Shown piece by piece: positions 40,401-55,400 of a stretch of DNA of 64,000 bases (its first letter is position 1; each line of letters begins with the position of its first letter). The position numbers were made by a program, and so were the translations under genes. Location: NCBI RefSeq assembly GCF_037042905.1, contig NC_087251.1, positions 2,916,001 to 2,980,000 of the forward strand, given 5' to 3'. This DNA is from Lytechinus pictus. Its lineage: Eukaryota. The notes beneath the pieces are model-generated. The model saw nothing but the letters and a program-made list of their open reading frames with translations. It had not been told where the DNA came from and did not search any database.

Positions 40401-43400
40401 AGATGTGATGGCTGTAACCAATATTCACAAGCTCACAGAAATACCTGTTGATAGCAACAGAAAAATAGATGTTCAGGAGACCAGATTCCATGCACTTGCT
40501 TGTTTGTGTCAGCAGTTCCCAATAAAAGCATTTGAATCATTGAAGATTTTTTTTTTTCTTTTTTTTTCTTTTGGGTATTGTAACCTTAAACTATCCTCAA
40601 TAGTACAGATGGTTTGACAGTGCTTATTCGCAAGAGGATTGGTTTTAATTTAGAAATGTATAAAGAGGAAACCATAGTCTAACTAGATTGCTGATATAGA
40701 CAAGGGCTACTTTCACTTTTGTTCTAGATCACATTGTGAGGCCATGATTGACTGTATTAGAGGAAATACATGGTGATGTGTGTGTTGTTGAGGCAACGAG
40801 TGATTATTTTCAATATAGTTTAAAAAGTGTGAAAGATTCATATTGGTATTTCCTCAAGGCTTTGAGAATTCCTCCATTGGCTCTAGTTAAAAGCAGTATG
40901 AACGTGGCCTGTAAATAAATATGACTTTCCTGCTTGTTATGTAGAAGAGGATATGGACTCGTAATTAGGGTTGGGCAATTATTGCTTCACAACGCTATCT
41001 CTCTGCGTACTTTCATAGGACACCCCTAACGTATTTTGGAAGGTTCCACTTCGGCCTGTTGAAGGGGTCAGGTACATTTCCTCTTTAAGGAAGCATTTAG
41101 GAGCAACATTGCTACGCAACACACAGCAATTGCCAGAATAACTTCAGTTAAATTTAGAACTTGGCAGCAGAGTAGGCATAGGTTGGCATTGATCGTGTGA
41201 GAACTAACGTGTCGAAGAACTCCTAAATGAATCTGACTCTGTGCATCAGTGTTTTCTACTTCTACCATTAGACCTGCTTTATATTGAGGCTCGTTATGAT
41301 GTGCACAAATTGATTTTAGGATCATAACATGATTAGCACTTAATGTTTACATGTTTACTGTTACACCAGTGACTGTTGTGAGCACATGTTTTCACTCTGT
41401 ATCTCTCGTGTACTATATTTCTACTATGTAAACACTGTGGATAGTATGGATATTCCCCTATTGCTTCGCTTGAGATCATTGTACTGCTAGCAGTCTAGTA
41501 TAAATCTGTGTCAGTGTTCATTGTACACCAACTGAAATCAGATTGGATTAATCTTTCAGAATTTTATCTTTACTTCACTATGACATCCCTGATACGCACA
41601 GCTAATAATAGTGCAGTAAACAATGCAGTGAAATTTCTACGGGATACAACAGAGCTGTTTGAAGTTGATTCTATAGAAGATGACATTCCTGCGACATCCA
41701 GAAAACATCGGACAACCAATGGTTCACCCTTCAACAGCATGCCTCAGTCTTTACCATCTCATACCTGGAAAAAATATAGCAGTGGTTTGGGTAATTTTAT
41801 CTCGATATGAATATTCATCTAATGCACATTTAATAGCTCAACATTCTAACATGAAAAAAATTAATTCTTATCCATAGTCAAGGTTATGAGTAAAGGTTTA
41901 CTGCTGGCAAAAGTAAAACATTGATCTTGAATATAACAGGCATGAGGGGACCTTAGGAGAAAATTTGAAAGAGGGCTAATTTGGGCTAGGAGGGTGGGCA
42001 CTACCTCCCAAGTTCCTATGGATGTATTTTATTCTGAACACTGCTATTAACATTATTGATATTTTCCATGCACGTTCACAGTATAACAAGCATGTAACTG
42101 TACTAACTAATGAATAACATTTACGGTATAGAAACTGAAAATGTTTGATAGGTGATGTCATAAACCATGCAAGGAGCCATGTTTACATTCTAAAAATTGC
42201 TGAAGTTGAAGATGCAAGTAGCTATGGACAATAAGTAAAACTCAGAATGAAAAGTTTTGATGATTTAGGTCACTTGAAAAGGCATACTATGTGAAACCAT
42301 GACAACTTGCACCAAAGCTTGCATGTTTTTAATGCCAGTGATGAAAAAATGTTACATGAATAAACAGCTGACAAACTATCGAGGGGGGGGGGGGGTGGGG
42401 TAAGATTCCTGTGGAATCCTACATAAAGCTTGATAAAAGGGATGTTGTGAAGAAAAAGCATTGATATTAAATTGACACTTTATGATGATCCTTGAAGATT
42501 GGCTATACCACATTCAATATTATGATTATTTGTCACTGATTTGAGTGGCAACTTTGCTGTAAAGCTGATGATTGTGATTGTGTATATTCTTACTTGTTTA
42601 CCTTACCTGCCAAATTATGCATTTTTGCAACCGAAGCTATTGACTAAGTGGCAACCAATAGTCATGATATTAACCATGATTTGAATTAAAGGGGAATCCA
42701 GCCTTGGCCATTAAATGTTGTGTTGGGAAGGATAAAAATAAATTAAACAGAGTGGTGAAAGTTTGAAAGAAATCGGACAAGCAATAAGAAAGTTATAGCT
42801 GCTTTAAAATTTAGATCACTAATACTATGTAGATTTCAAATTGGCAACTGGGTAAGTAAATTATGACAAGGGCAAGGACAACTTTCCCATAGGCCATGTA
42901 CTTTATTATCAGTGAATTGTGGTTTTCTCCTAAGTACCCATTCCCCTGGGGCAGTAATCTAAATATAACCCAGGTAGTATATTGTTTTATGTCCTCATGA
43001 AAGAAAAATATAATTTGAAATAAAACTTTAGGAAAAAATTATATTTTAGCCATAATATGTATTGGAGTACATGGAAGAGTGGTCCTTGCCTTACATCACT
43101 ATGACATCCCATATGTGGCCAATTTGAAGTCTCTGTGGGTATAGTGATTACCAATATTTACAACTTTTAAAAATTCATAACTTTCTTGTTGTTTGTCCAA
43201 TATTGTTCAAACTTTCACCTATCAACTTGTCTGATTTTTCTTTTTTTTATAAAAACAAGTTTTTATTTGGGTCGGACTCCCCTTTAACAGTGGGGATTTA
43301 AGGCCAAAGTGATTAAAGAAAATAATCAGGTCACAGATTTACCTGGGATTTATGGAAATTGGCAGTGATGTAGTAATTACACACTCTGCCTCTAATTGAT

Positions 43401-46400
43401 TAAGTTATTAGCTATGGTTATGTTGGTAATGAGAGGAAGAGAGGGAGAGGGGGGGGGGGGTGGGGGCATAAAAGACAAATTTAGAGAAGAGCAGGCTTTT
43501 AAACGCTGCATTCACAAGTGACAACTTTCACCCAATTAATCATTACACTGCTGAAACTCATTGAAAATGTGAATGCATGGCAGCATTATAACTTTTGTAT
43601 TATTCAAAATAAAAACCTTAGATATCGAAATCTAATGTTTTTTAAAACATGATTTGGGCAGAATCATGATTGCTAGAGTAGAACACCTTGAATGTAAACC
43701 ATTTTTCATTCTTTTTCATGACAACATAACACTGCCCTGCAGTGGATGGTTGTTTGGATCTCGCAAAGATCATGCTAACAAAAAGACACACTGCTCTTCT
43801 AAACACACTCTTACACTTACAAAATTACAAAATACGAAGTTGGATCATGATTCATTCTTGTATATCTTAGTAAATTGCTTGAATATAACAATCTAATACC
43901 ACTGTATGTAAATGAGCCCGGCCCTTGTGACTTTCCTTGCTAAGGTCTTCTGCAGCGGATAATTGCAACAGTTTTTTTTTAATGCAATTAGAAAAAAAAA
44001 AACAAGCAGGTAGCACCTTTTTGATGATGTAACTAAAAACTTATTATTGCATTCCTGATAATGTTATCATTTTAAATGTAGGGTATTAGAGGGAACAATA
44101 TTTTTGTAGGTCCATGGCGCTCATCTAAAAAGTAAACACATTGTATCTGGAATGTTTCTTCCTGTATTCATATGATGATTATGTAATGAAAAAAAAACGA
44201 TGGACATTTGTAGAAAAAAAGATATTAGACAATAATTTAATACACTGCCCTGCCCACATGTAGTCAGTGTATAACATCCAAATATTCTTCAATTTCTTAT
44301 TTGAGGTAAGCTTAGGATTTTGTTATATTTTTTTATGAAATCACCAGGAACAATGACTTGTACCTCATGTCATATATTTTAGATGAATGAATAGTTGCAA
44401 ACTTGGAAACAATTATACTTTATCTTGAAAGTTAATTTTTACCCAAATACTGTACATATATAATATTTTCAATTTTCACTGCATCTTCTTTCTATCTTCT
44501 GGATATTAAAATGTACAAATTTTCTCATGTGATAATCTTTTATGTTTGAATTTTGATACAGATGAATTTCTGCTTCCGAATGACAATGATTTCAGCCTTG
44601 ATTTAAGTGATAGAGTAGGTGCATTAGAAAGGACAGTACGCGATCAGCTAGATGAAATAACTTGTCTTAAAACTGCCTTGGCTGACGTCGTCAGAAGATT
44701 AGCGACAGTTGAACATTCAGCTAAAAATAACACGAGAGGTAAGTGAAATGTCATGAAAAAGATGTTTGAAATAGTTTGGAATTGACAAAGAAGGAAACTG
44801 GATCTGATACAGGATCTTCGCACCTGATTCAAAATGAAATTTATGAGTTTCCCCAATTTCCAGGCTATTTTCAACTTTCTAAAATAGTCATTATTTGCTG
44901 TTGATAAAGTAAATGGATTGCAGTGGATTTCTGAGACCTGGATCTCAAACCTTAAATTCTTTTGAAGAAATTTATGAAATCAGGGGCTGCAGGGGGGGGG
45001 GGGCTGCGGGGGGGGGGGATGCTGGGGAGGGCTTCAGCTCCCCATTAAAAAAAAAACCATGTACGAAAACGTAAAAAAATGACTATTTGGTTGTTATTTT
45101 TTCCATAGTTGACCCCCCTACTTTCAAAACCGTTCGCGGCCCCTGGAAATAACAAACTGCCAGTGAAGTGCCATTGAATGTACGATTTTGCAATGTTCCA
45201 CGCTATTCTGCAATATTAGTATCCTGTAAGATGACCTCAAATCTACTTTAATTTCTAATCTGTCATTGAGACAAACCCTTACTCTTAACTTTCTGAAACA
45301 GGATGTTAGAAATGAAGGATAGGGTCAAAGATATTTGGCCTCATTTTTCTTTGAGTTTTGATGGGGAGACTTAAAACAAATCTCACAATAATAAGCCTTT
45401 AATCTCCAACCAACTTTTGATGAAAATCACACCTTTTTTTATGTCTCCCCATGGCGATTACTCATATTGAATTGATATGATATCTCAAGATTTGTTTAAT
45501 TGTCACCAGATGTTGAACATGTAGAGTGTCATTACTCTAAGACACAAGGCAATTCCCATTATTTGTATTTTTTAACACAACCATCATTTGTTTGCATTTT
45601 GCTTCATTTATAATTCAAAAGCAAAATGTAAGTTGATTTTTCATGTTTTTATGTATCGTGATTGTAATGTTGATTATGTATTGAAGTCTTTACAGATGTA
45701 TATAGTGTATGATAACCTGCATGTTTTACATCATATTTATTTGTGCATTTTGGTGCATGATAAAGGTTATGTTTATGCATGAATCGTAATAACACTTATG
45801 ATTTAGAGTTTTGTTAAAATCACTTCGGATTGCGTGCAATAATTATGCTTTCTCTAAAATATCCCAGGCAGGGCATGTATGTTAGATTCCTAGGTATGGC
45901 ATATTAAAGAGAAAACTGCAAAAAGTGAAAAACACATTTGTAATCTGGATAGTATGATTCATTAACTCATCCCAATGTTAAGAGATCATCTTAATTTCAA
46001 TTCGCACGCTAATAATTTAGCATTCTATGTTTGTCTAATTGGTACCATGACATTTGCTCCGGCGACAATTACTCCACTGTAAATTCCACACACCAATGGA
46101 ATGACAAACTTCTACCCTGGATTTAACACAATACTTTATAGATCATAAACCTTATCATAAACCTAACATAACATCCTATTGCAACCCTAACCCTATATCT
46201 TGGACGAAATAAAACCTGAGCAAGTGTACCTGGAGAAAATGTCGTATCATCATCGCCTAATTAATGTGTAAAACCCGTGAAGAGTGACAGAATGAGAGCA
46301 GATTGACTGCTGCCCCTTCCAAAGGTTTTTTGCATGAATGGGACATTTTGCCCCCTATCTACCATTTTTTGTGGCACTCTCCCTGGTCCTGATGCATGTC

Positions 46401-49400
46401 TAATGTTTTTTTTGTGAATTTAAAATTAAATTGTAAGTACTGTACCTGTAAATACATATTACAAACAATGTGCACTGGAATAATCTGGAATGATAAAGTA
46501 ATCAGTTCTATTCATATGTGTTTAATTCCCCCCCCCCCTTTTGATTAATTTGATTTATTCAAAGCCTCTTTTTCTCTAATTTCAATTAATTTGGTTAATA
46601 TCTTCACACATTTCTTTATCATATTTCATTTACGTTTTTTACTTCTTAATTTGTTTTTATTTATTTTTTACTTTTGATGGGGGGATGCACTTGGAAGCAG
46701 TTCACTACACTTAATACTTTGGAAAACCATATTTGATGATCCCTTTAATAGCCAGAAATTGAAATTCAGCTGCTATTCTAAATAATGAAAAGTTTGATAG
46801 ACGAGTAAGAATTTGTTAGGGTGTGTCAGCTGTATGTACATCTTTCAAGCTTGCAAGTCAAGACGCCTACATGACATTTCATGTAAAATGAATTGATTTT
46901 GATTACTCCCTCAGCATCTAAAGGTCATTATTAGAACAAGGAAGACCTGCTAATCATTCAGCAGGTCTTAAATTAGGTTGCTAATCACCCACACTCTTTG
47001 AGTGAGGAACATTGCTTCTTAACTTTAAGCTAAAATTGGCTTAGGAGGAGACCTGCAGTAAAGTATAAGATTGAATTCGAAGCAATCATTTTTTTGGGTA
47101 GTTGTTTGTAACATTTAGGTATCAATATGAGACAACAATGCATTTATTTTTACTCAATTGACTTTGAAACAATAAGAAAATGCAATCTCTTGAATAATAT
47201 TCAGAACAGAAGAAAGGTATAATCTTATTTGGTATACCACAAATATTCCCCTGATGCGATTTATGATAAAGATTCTAAAAAAAGTGAGGATTTTTTTTTA
47301 TTGTAGTTGAAATTCACATAATTTTTATATTTTTTTTCATTGATCAACTTATCTTCAGCATTACCTGGAGGCACTATAAACTTTTGAGGCATTTGCTCGG
47401 TAGGGGAAGCAATTTGTAAAGTAGTTGAGAAACAATGACCTGAAAATGAAATTTCACTTGCCTGCCCCCCCCCCCCATAAAAATTCCCTTCAACACTATT
47501 CAAAGGACAAGTCCACCTCAACACAAAGTTGAAAATTTGAAAAAAATCCAACAAGCATAACACTGAAAATTTCATGAAAATCGGATGTAAAATAGAAAAG
47601 TTTTGATATTTTAACTAAACAGTTATACGCACATCTCGGTCGGTATGCAAATAAGGAGACTTATGACCTCATCCACTCACTATTACTTTTGTATTTTATT
47701 ATATGTAATATTCTAATTTTCTCCATATTGTCCTGTGAAACAAGGTTTTATTTCTCCCTGAACATGTGGAAGTACCATTCTTTAACATTTTATGGTCCTT
47801 ATTGTCAAATCTGTACAAAAATGAAATATTGTGTAAATCTAGCAATAAAAAAAAAATAGTGAGTGAGGGACATCATCGATTCTCTCATTTGCATGTGACT
47901 AAATTGTGCATATAACTATTGTGAAAAATAAGCGAAACTTTAAAATGTCATAACTTTCTTATTTTACATCAAGATTTTGATGAAATTTTCAGCATTATGC
48001 TTGTTTGATTTTACTCTATCGATTCAAATCAACATTTTATTGGGTGGACTTGACCTTTAAGGCTCATAATCAAGTCTTAACACACAGACCATTGAACAGG
48101 CATGAAATTATGTCTTTAAGGCATCTATGAAAATAATATTTCCTGTGTTTTATTTTTTCAGCAATTGTATCGTATGAATTAACATGGAGGTACCAAAAAA
48201 TGTGATATTTCATGAAAAATGATGGAGCATATTCCTACTTCAACTGATTTTTTGTTAAAAGTTCTATGTTTTTATGTAATTGAATGTAATAATTTCAACT
48301 TTCCATAAATAAATCCACTTTACTTTGCAAGTTTCTGTTGTAGCTCTCAAACACTTGCATGATTTTAACATTCACTTGCCTTTAGTTTTATGTCAATTCT
48401 TATAAAGTTTAAATATGTGTATTTAAAATCTGAGTAATGGGAGTCTTTACCGAACTTTTGCTGCATGCGTGAAAAATTGAATTTACGAACCTCTTTGAAA
48501 GTAAACTTGCTGCTGGTGCTTGTTTTAATCATTCTTTGGTCTTTGATTTATTCATCTCATTCCCTGGAAACAGAGAATATTCTAAATCAATTATGATTTA
48601 TTCTTTATTTTTGAAAGCATCAACAACTAAGCAGCCTGCTTCTCAAAGTTCAAGTAAGACAATATTCTTATGATTATTATCCAAACTGTAATACCTTCTT
48701 ACAATCCAGATAAACAGGGACAGTTCTAAAACCCATCATGATAGTGAAGCCAATGTGTGCATCAGTATTCTAATTGATACATTCATTAAAAAAATGAAGG
48801 GAACATATATGATTAATATTGTTTTATCTGCATTATGTTTACATTGCACAACATCACCACACTTTACTGGAGTATGTAGCGATGAATGTGCAGAGTAGAA
48901 CTTTGTTAACTATATTATTTTTGCACTTCATTTTATGCTCTATGTGAAAATATGATCCTCTATGTTAACATTCACCCTTCACAATAAACACCTAAATCAA
49001 TGCAATAAGGGTAAGTAGCCTGCCAGGTGGTACACTTGATTTATCGGGTATTTTGGAAAATGCCAAATACATTTATGCATGATATTTATACCATTCAACT
49101 GTATTAATTGCTTGATGCTTTGAGGTTTGGATTGCATATATTACACTTGTGTATAACCTGTATGGATCGTACAAACTAAAGTTTTGCTGTATGCGTATGA
49201 ACCCCCCCCCCCCCCTGGAAAAGCAAAATTATACTCAAAAGAGCAAAATGTCAACCAACTTTGGAATTGATACTTTCTTCTTTTTATGCTTCCTCCATGT
49301 TGACTGTTTTTTGTGCCAAGATCAACATTTTTGACAAAGTGAACCCCGGCCCCCCCTTTAAGAAAAGCCATCTTGGCATGTACTGTATGGATTGCATACA

Positions 49401-52400
49401 TATTGGGGGTATTCTTGGCAATGCAAGATATTACATTTTATGTTTCTATTCCATACCAAACACATTGTTTATTGTATATTTAGATATGGAATGAATTGTT
49501 TGATCTTCCAACTTGTGTTTAGCAATTAATTATCCCCTTTATTTCCCCCTGTTCATCTATTCTTATTGAATCTATTGCCAAGAAAATAAAAATGAATGTC
49601 GGGCTTATAAATATTTGGGGTTAAATATATAGCCCAGCACCCTGTTAATGTTTCAGCCATAATATTGAATACATATTCTGTTAGATTTGCCCTACCCCTG
49701 TATTTGTTACAATGTGCATGTGAGCAAGTGAGTATTCATGATCTAATATTTTAAAGATATCTCTCTATAATTGTCAATATAAAGCAGTTTTAATGAAAAT
49801 GTATGAAAACCAATCAATGTGACAATTACAGCAATGCTCATTAATTGTATACACATCATTTGTGTACTGTGATTGTAAATCTTGCATTCAATATTTAACT
49901 ACTGTATACTAATCTCTAAACTGAATAGTACCCTTTTATTCATCTGACACTGCACAAGGTCAAAATCAACATCTGTTTTTAGGCTTGAAAAGTATACACT
50001 CTTCATGCTGTATGACATTGATTTAGTCTTATTACAAAGGCATAAACACAGAAATAGTTATATTCTGATTCATAAATGATTTCATAATTATAAAGGGTTG
50101 CATATACATGTATATTTACTTGTAATAATATATTTGTTTTCATTTCATTTTCAATGCACCCTTTGAAGACAAAGTCTCAAAGTGTGATATTATAGAGACT
50201 TCAGGTTTTTTCTTTTGATAATGTATTATGAACTTAGTTTTCCTACCAGCAAATGTTGTCTAATAAAAGGTTCTCTATTAAACAACATGAATATTTCACA
50301 CAAACTTATTTATCTGGTGAATGCTGATAATATCTAATGAAACCAAAAGTAGACTTTATCAGAACAAAACAATGTCATTTACATTTAAATCAAAACAAGA
50401 TAAGTTTCTCTCAATTCAAGCATGTGAATGTGAGATGTGATATAATTTAGCTTTTAATTGAATGTCTGTATGTATTAGAGTTTTAATTGTCACAGAACAA
50501 TGTTTTCAGCATGAGATATGAACATGTATATCATGTAACATAGTATACTGGAATGTTTTGCATGTACACTTAATTATAAAAGTGAACCAATATCAGATAC
50601 CTTGCCTTTCTAATTAACATTTGAAGATGTGAATTGCAGTGGCAACCAATTGTCTTTTAAAATGAGAGCGATGAAAGTTATCCTTTACATGTATAAAATA
50701 CTAACTACCATTTAATTTTCATCTCAAAACTCTTCCTTTTTTATAGTGTAATTTAATATAGAATTTGTATTTAGTAGTGTATTGACATGTATATTATTCA
50801 TAGATTTATTGTGTATACACTAAACAAATAATTACCAAGATGCATGGAAAGTAATGAATAAGTTTACTCATATCTGCTTCAGCAAGGTATTACAAGATGA
50901 ATTGTGGTTCTTGCATGGTGTGTTTATATTTAGATTAAGTGTGTTGTGTTGTTACCTCCCATTCATCCAACCATCTAGGGATGCCACAAGGCCCATTCAA
51001 AGTCAGAGATGTACCAGGTGAGTCTGGTTATATTACCCCCCATACCACGCCCACAACACACCCCCAACACGCCCCTCTACCAACACTACCATCCCCTCCT
51101 AGGATCTAGAGGGGTGTCGGAGCCAATGTATAGCGTATGGGGATCTCATTTCATTTTTGACAAACATGGAAAATGGACATAAATCTTGGTTCCATTCAAT
51201 AAAAAGCATGATCATATTGCAATTTTGCCTAATACAACAGAAATAGTAATTTTTACTGAGCCCTCTTATCATTTTAATCCTGTTTGTGGACTCTAGTAAT
51301 ATACCACATTTTACCAATTATTTTATTTATTTATTCTGTATGGGGGAATAGAAAAGACACAAACAGCAATAAATCATTTGTTTAAACTATATGTTTTTAC
51401 TGTGACTCAAAGGACTCATATACATCGATATTTTACTTGGTTACAGTATTCTTCAGACTTATAACTACAATGTACTTTGTGTATTCACTCTTCATTTTTT
51501 TTTCAGTTTTGAAATAAAAAAGGGTAAAGGGGGATCATGACAATACACTGAATTTTACATGTTTACCCATACAAGCCGTATGGACCCTTGGTCTTTATCA
51601 TTTTTGTAAAATATTTTTTTTTCTGTCACATCATTATGGTGTATATAAGATTTTATGAGTCATCTGGTCATGGGAGAAATATGTGACCAAAAAAAATCAT
51701 TTTCTCTTTTACACATTAATTTTGTCCAGTGATGAATGTAAAATGACACACTTTCATTGATATGTTTACCCTTTGTTTCATACATGTACTTGTATGCATA
51801 CATTGTGAATAACTGTAAATTGTATTCATTTGGATGGTATTAGGTTTGTAACTGAATATTCTGGATATGACCAGTTTATGTTTGCATGTTTTCTAATAAT
51901 CCTAGTTGATTTCACAATCATGTAGAATCTCTTCAAGATATAGAGATAAAACAGCAAATTTATTGCATTTTCTGTCACTGAGAACATACTAGATAGTTTG
52001 ATTATCCTTTCACTTTTAGTGTTTGTGTTTATGTTTGTAAATAATCAAATTGATAAACATGTTGTGAATGTATTGTCTACTGGATCCAGATGGTTCCTAT
52101 ACACAGTCTATCAGAGTTTGTAATCAATGCTTTACTCATTTCTATAATTTTGAGTGTTTAAAGCAAGAATGCTCTATAATGTTTATCCATTTTTTAGTGA
52201 AACAGAGTTCATTCCTACAAACCATTATGTTTTATGTGACGTTTTTGTCTTGACATTTTAAAGAATCTGATTTTCTTCTTTAATTTGAATAGAAAACCTA
52301 GATATTTGCAATTCTGGTGTAAGCTCTTGAACTTTTATGCTCATTTATTATTTTGTATCTTTGACTGTCATTTGACTATTGTTCAACTTAAGTAGTATAG

Positions 52401-55400
52401 CTATTATCTGTTTTGTGAGACTTTATTATAGATTAGAGGGCCTACTTTTTCAATGTGTCATTTTGATATGTACACCCACCATAGATGGTTGCAAGAGACT
52501 GTTTTCACAAAAGACTACAGAGATTTCATATATAGTTACTCTTAGTATTTAGTACCCTGTGGCAAAAATTTGCATTTATTATTGGGCCTTTTAGTGTATG
52601 TGTTGAATTATACACAACATCTGCAAAGGCCATTATTTTGTACCCCCTCTTGGTTTAGACCTCTTTTGTGACTTAAGACCATTATTTTGTTTTTGTCGCC
52701 AGGTTGGTAAAGCTTTCCTTTTTACTAGTAATAGTATACCATACATATTCTCATTAATAGCAAAATAATGATATTATTTATTGTTTATATCTTTGGTGAA
52801 ATTTGAAGGTTTATTCAACTCATCGCCCCTTCCATCAAGACCTCCTGTACCAAGCAATGATAGACATAGAATAAAGAGGCCTTCAACACCAGAACCAAAG
52901 AGAAGAACTGCGTCATTTGGAAACTCTGATAAACAGAGATTAAAGAGATGGGGTTCAAATGATAGTGACACATTCTTGACAGAGTAAGTATTGATATTAG
53001 TATTTTAATCATGTTGGTTTGACACTATCTTCACAATAGTGTGATCATGTACATGTTGTTTGTATAATAATCTTTAATTTAAAAACTGCATTTTGAATTA
53101 TTCTAATGTAATTTCATTGTTATGTGACATGGCCATGAAAATGATTGAAATAGTTGGGAATAATAGCAATATGTTAAAATATGTAACTGTGGCATCGATA
53201 TAATATTGAAAAATTATTATGCTCATGAAAGATACTTTTAGAATATCTTAAGTTTAAACCATATAAAAAACTAAGAATATTTTTCTTTAATAGCAATTAA
53301 ATTATTCCAAATTTGAATAATAATTCTTTTTAGGATATATCATATTATTATACATGGATATTTAAACTTGATAATTATAGCTGATGTTATGTAAATAATG
53401 TTCTCAATTAAATTTTTGGAACAAATTCATTTCAGGTCTGCCTTTCAATACGGTTCCCTGTAAGTTATATTTATTCGTGGTGGTTTGTCCAAGCTTTCAG
53501 TAATTGTAAAAACAAAATTTCATGAAAAAAAGCCTTCATTAAATTGTTATAATTATATTTTAATTAAATGCATTTAATAGGGAAAAGGTTTAGTTTTTTC
53601 AATGACAAATATAGATTATAATATAAAAAACAACAACAAAGACTATGATAAAGTAGTGGCAAATCATTTGCTTATATATTTTGATCTTTAATTTCTTGAA
53701 ACAAGTACATACTCAACTCATTTGAAATTTGAGTGATAACTCGGCAGATATATCACTATAAAAAATACAAAGAAAATCTGAGCCCCCAAATCATAAGATT
53801 TGTTGTTATCATTGATTCAACATTTCACTAGGTTTACTAATGCATAGGATGCTATGTGATTTGCTGAATGATATGAGATTGCTATGGGGGTAGTGTAATT
53901 TATTATTAAGTGTTAAAGAAGGCAAGATTCAAATTCTACCCCCTATAAAAAGTTTTTTTATAATGAACTTGCAGTATACTTGTTTAAATGAAGCCAATTT
54001 ATGCAGAGAGATACTGTCCACTTTGTTCTATAGTATATTCTTTCATTGATTTTAGATGGTGTCACTTTGGCTATCTTCCTATCATCACTGATATTCCCTT
54101 TAATTTCATGCCATTTCAGTACAATGTTTTTATCATTACTACAATCATTTAGAAGATTACATACCATCTATATGTTTAATCTTATTTAAATAATGCTTTT
54201 GTTGCAGTGTCATTGTCTGGGTGGTGCATGTCATAATTATGCCATGGTTTGAAGAGAGTAACAATTAATGCTTCATTGATTGAAATAAAGAACAAAAAAG
54301 AGAAGTGGAGTTGTATTACCTTTCTCCAAAACCTGAAACAAACAAAACAGTAGTATGTCTGAAAAGGGGCTTTGCAAACTGAATGCTTTTCATGGCTTTT
54401 TGTTAAAATCCTCTTTATATTCAATGAATTTATGAATTTCAAGGTCATTATGGAAATTTAGAAAGGCCCTTTTGCCATATTTGATGTCTAGGGGAACCAC
54501 CTTTAGCCTCTATAGTCCCTATAGATCTCCCTGCCCCTCAACTAATCTCCAAGAGAGGCAGTAAGATATAGAAATGAAACTTCATGTACCATTGTATCCA
54601 TTTTTGGGGGAAACATTCCAGTGAAGTAGTGAACGGTCACAACACCAAAAATAATTGGATATCCACTTCAAATCTTGGCATTTCCTTTCATTTTTTCAAA
54701 ATATATATTCTCTTTCTATCAGTACATATATTCAAATATGTTTTTAATGTTTGCATTTTACTACTTAGATTGCTTGTTTTGTATGTGCAACTTTCTGTGA
54801 TTTGATTTGTTTTTAATCCCATATTTCCACCTTCCTCCCATCAAGGTTGACTAATGGTTTGCATGGCATGGCTACCATAGTGAACCTACCTTCTCAATAA
54901 CCTGTCAAAATAAATGAGTTAACCCTTTAGATATGAAAGTAGTAATTGCTTTCTTTAAGTTGTGTGGTATGTGTGGTAATACAAAAGTTTGAAAAGATTT
55001 TAACAAAAAATGGGCACCAAACTTTTGAATATAGAATTGATATAGGTCAGTGAGTTTACTTTGATATAATTTTATTTTTGTACTGTTTATGCTATGGATC
55101 TTAGCAAACGAGTAAGAAATTTTCAAACTTGAAGATTGAAACGAGGTATTTCACTTTGTATCATTGGTAAAATTCTTAGATACAGGATCAAAGTGTATGT
55201 GTACTTATGGTATTAGAAATATGTAAAATCTGAGTTCTTGTTTATCTCGCAGGAGATTGATTTTAAAAATATTTCTTGATTTTTGAAAATCAGAATTGCA
55301 TAATGGTTATTATATGCTTTTCATCACTGAGAATTGATATTCACAGTTAATCAGTTAAGTATTTAGGGACTTGTTTCTCAAAATTGGTGTAAATAATGTT

